Source: Geopsychrobacteraceae bacterium
GTDB lineage: Bacteria; Desulfobacterota; Desulfuromonadia; Desulfuromonadales; Geopsychrobacteraceae
Reading direction: 5' to 3'
DNA length: 64,000 nucleotides
Assembly (NCBI GenBank): GCA_963662315.1
Contig: OY759353.1
Span: 1,504,001-1,568,000, forward strand
The notes under the pieces are model-generated. The model did no database searches, was not told where the DNA came from, and was given only the letters and a program-made list of their open reading frames with translations. Each line of letters starts with the position of its first letter. The first letter of the stretch is position 1. A program made the position numbers and the translations under genes. Positions 61,269-64,000 of the stretch are shown here, one piece after another.

Positions 61269-62114
61269 TCAGACAGGATCAACGGCCAGAACAAACCAAT
61301 TACATACAGCCCTGAGCTCCTCAGCAACCCGCTCCGCGTCAGCCCTGCTTTCACAGACGCCAAAAACAGTCGAGCCGCTACCAGACATCAACGCCCCACG
61401 AGCGCCAGCAGCGAGCAACTGCCGCTTAACCTCAGCAACAACAGGCCATCGCGAAAGCACAACTTGCTCGAGATCATTATGCAACTCGCGACACAGTCCT
61501 GAAAGAGTCCGGGGCGAAAACGTCGGAATGCTAGCCAGATCACCCCTTTTTGTCAACTGTAAACTTTGATAAACATCGCGTGTCGAAATTGCGACGCCAG
61601 GATTAACCAGAACATAGCTTACAGGCGGCAGCCCTGACAATAACTGCAAAGACGTCCCTATTCCTGTTGCCCACGCCGCTCTCGCAAATATAAAAAACGG
61701 CACATCCGCTCCAAGCCGCCCCCCAATCTCCATCAGCTCCCGTAGCGATAATCCCGCCCGCAGAATATCGTTCAACGCGACCAGCATCGTCGCAGCATCC
61801 GAAGAGCCGCCACCTAGTCCCGCCGCGACCGGTATCCTTTTTTTAATATCAACAACTATTCTGCGCTCACTCCCAACAGCACTAAGCAATTCTTGCGCCG
61901 CCCTTGTCGCAATATTATCCTCACCAACCTCCAGATCAACACCATCACAAACCACTAAGACATCCGCTCCCTCGCCAACCTGGATACAGATATCATCATA
62001 AAGAGATACGCGCTGCATTGCCATTGCCAGCTCATGATACCCGTCGTCACGCCTGCCAAGCACATGAAGACACAAGTTAATCTTGGCAGGAGCCTTAAAT
62101 AAGTATTCTTTCAC
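61269..62114 (-). CDS. ispE: 4-diphosphocytidyl-2-C-methyl-D-erythritol kinase
   Basis: APAKINL, DGYHEL, PVAAGLGGGSSDAA, GADVPF, MSGSGS. Confidence 0.96.
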   Translation of the reverse strand: MKEYLFKAPAKINLCLHVLGRRDDGYHELAMAMQRVSLYDDICIQVGEGADVLVVCDGVDLEVGEDNIATRAAQELLSAVGSERRIVVDIKKRIPVAAGLGGGSSDAATMLVALNDILRAGLSLRELMEIGGRLGADVPFFIFARAAWATGIGTSLQLLSGLPPVSYVLVNPGVAISTRDVYQSLQLTKRGDLASIPTFSPRTLSGLCRELHNDLEQVVLSRWPVVAEVKRQLLAAGARGALMSGSGSTVFGVCESRADAERVAEELRAVCNWFVLAVDPV

Positions 62115-62207
62115 ACAACCATCCCACTAACAAAGTTATATTACCACCTCAAGACAAAAAACAAAACATACAGGTAACAGCGTTTACTTTCAAAAGAAAG
62201 TGTCATC

Positions 62208-62244
62208 GTGGCGATATTTAGCCACCCTCAGGCGAACAATGGCC
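62208..62244. promoter_or_regulatory. Tandem candidate enhancer sites (GGC-N8-GCC)
   Basis: GTGGC-gatattta-GCCAC (62208-62225) and GGC-gaacaatg-GCC (62231-62244), 21 bp apart. Confidence 0.5.
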
Positions 62245-62344
62245 GTAAATCAGCAAACAACAACTCCACCGAGATATCAGCAACATACACAAATAGAACA
62301 GTAATTACCGGCACATCAGGAAAAATAAAACGTTTTTATAAACA

Positions 62345-62360
62345 GGGCACCATTGTTGCT
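62345..62360 (+). promoter_or_regulatory. sigma54 promoter of the dctP operon
   Basis: gGGCACcattgTTGCt (GG-N10-GC). Confidence 0.65.
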
Positions 62361-62413
62361 ATACACGTAAATATAAATATGTTCTATACTAACCACATAT
62401 CAATACTGGCAAC

Positions 62414-63169
62414 ATGATACGATTTATTACCATATTTCTGATAGCGTTTTCATTATGTACGCCTGCAACCAATTCAAACCCGATTGAGCTGAAGCTTATG
62501 ATGACACACAACCTGACGACGAACCAACAGAGGATAGTCGATTTTTTTAAAAAGCTGGTAGAAGCACGCAGTGACGGTCGACTGGCGATCAAAATTATGC
62601 CAGCCTCTCCTTTGTCGCCAGACCAGCTTATCCAAAGCCTGTCGCAAGAAGAGCTGACCCTTGCGCTTATTGAAACCAATCAACTACGCAACCATGCCCT
62701 CCAATTGAATAATACCGATATGACGACTCGCGCCACGGTTCACAAACGACTCTATCCCCTCATGGACGTAACACTTACAGGTCGCCCCCACTCCAGCACT
62801 AAAAAGCTCAGCCTGAAACTTCTGGCACACTGGGACGATAGCCCATCACAATCGACTGCCAACCGGCAGCAAACAGCTCTTTCGGGAACGTCGCCACTTT
62901 ATAGCACATATGCATTACTGGTGGCGCAAAAACAATGGAATCTCCTTGCGCCGGACAAGCAGGTCATCATTCATGAGGCCCTTTACACCGTGACCCTGTA
63001 TGCAGATGAATTTGCAGGACAATATATTGAGAGAAACATATCCGCTCCCCCCCCAAAAAATACCGACAACAGCAGCAACTTCCCCAGGCTGAGGACTTTG
63101 GGCGAATCCTACAAACCCTGTCTGCAGCAGCTAAAAACTGCGCGATCATGGCAGGACCAGACGCATTGA
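62414..63169 (+). CDS. Divergent, internally deleted DctP-like protein (possible pseudogene)
   Basis: Signal peptide, DctP-like N-terminus (FKKLVEARSDGRLAIKIMP) and late segment (YALLVAQKQWNLL); the KFRI and DGQEN segments are missing. Confidence 0.55.
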   Translation: MIRFITIFLIAFSLCTPATNSNPIELKLMMTHNLTTNQQRIVDFFKKLVEARSDGRLAIKIMPASPLSPDQLIQSLSQEELTLALIETNQLRNHALQLNNTDMTTRATVHKRLYPLMDVTLTGRPHSSTKKLSLKLLAHWDDSPSQSTANRQQTALSGTSPLYSTYALLVAQKQWNLLAPDKQVIIHEALYTVTLYADEFAGQYIERNISAPPPKNTDNSSNFPRLRTLGESYKPCLQQLKTARSWQDQTH

Positions 63170-63216
63170 TGTTCAACATCAGTCACCATGGTGGTGACCT
63201 GGCTTATTATTTCTAG

Positions 63217-64000
<784 letters not shown>

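Noticed and set aside
61217..61758. 16-bp direct repeat TAGCGATAATCCCGCC near tRNA-Gln (61217) and within ispE (61743)
   Set aside because: One such match is roughly expected by chance in 64 kb; it is not tRNA-derived and there is no integrase, so it is not an att site.

Overview
Chromosomal window (~50% GC) from a Desulfuromonadales/Geobacter-like deltaproteobacterium. The taxon is inferred from the eukaryote-type citrate synthase, dusB-ntrB-ntrC lying convergent to dnaB, and the Geobacter/Desulfovibrio-type lactate cluster. Left to right: partial ilvB; a FapA/DUF342 gene and a PAS-GGDEF-EAL gene; a hybrid kinase with a sigma54 regulator; two TAXI-TRAP transporters behind dctBD; rlmI, a methyltransferase, NRDE, OmpA and gltA; dusB-ntrBC; dnaB. 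A ~22 kb accessory-looking stretch follows: ABC importer, lactate utilisation genes, hisI, a Gly-rich secreted protein, a GNAT-histidine kinase fusion, hcp with a divergent 4-gene operon, and PilZ. Then comes the ispE-tRNA-Gln-prs-rplY-pth-hppA-ychF-rpsF-rpsR-yybS-rplI block, a degenerate dctP and a canonical dctP (partial). No mobile element, prophage or CRISPR array was seen. The best candidate for an undescribed system is the operon divergent from hcp (49124-52315). It sits behind two Crp/Fnr(HcpR)-type boxes and encodes a signal-peptide-less solute-binding protein, a Cys-rich HypB/UreG-like GTPase, an ABC ATPase with no permease, and a small Cys/His-rich protein; I interpret it as a cytoplasmic metal/Fe-S delivery or repair machine. 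Also notable: the orphan GNAT-kinase fusion, and a shared GGC-N8-GCC enhancer motif at two sigma54 promoters of TRAP genes 45 kb apart. All calls come from reading the sequence and motifs; no database searches were run.
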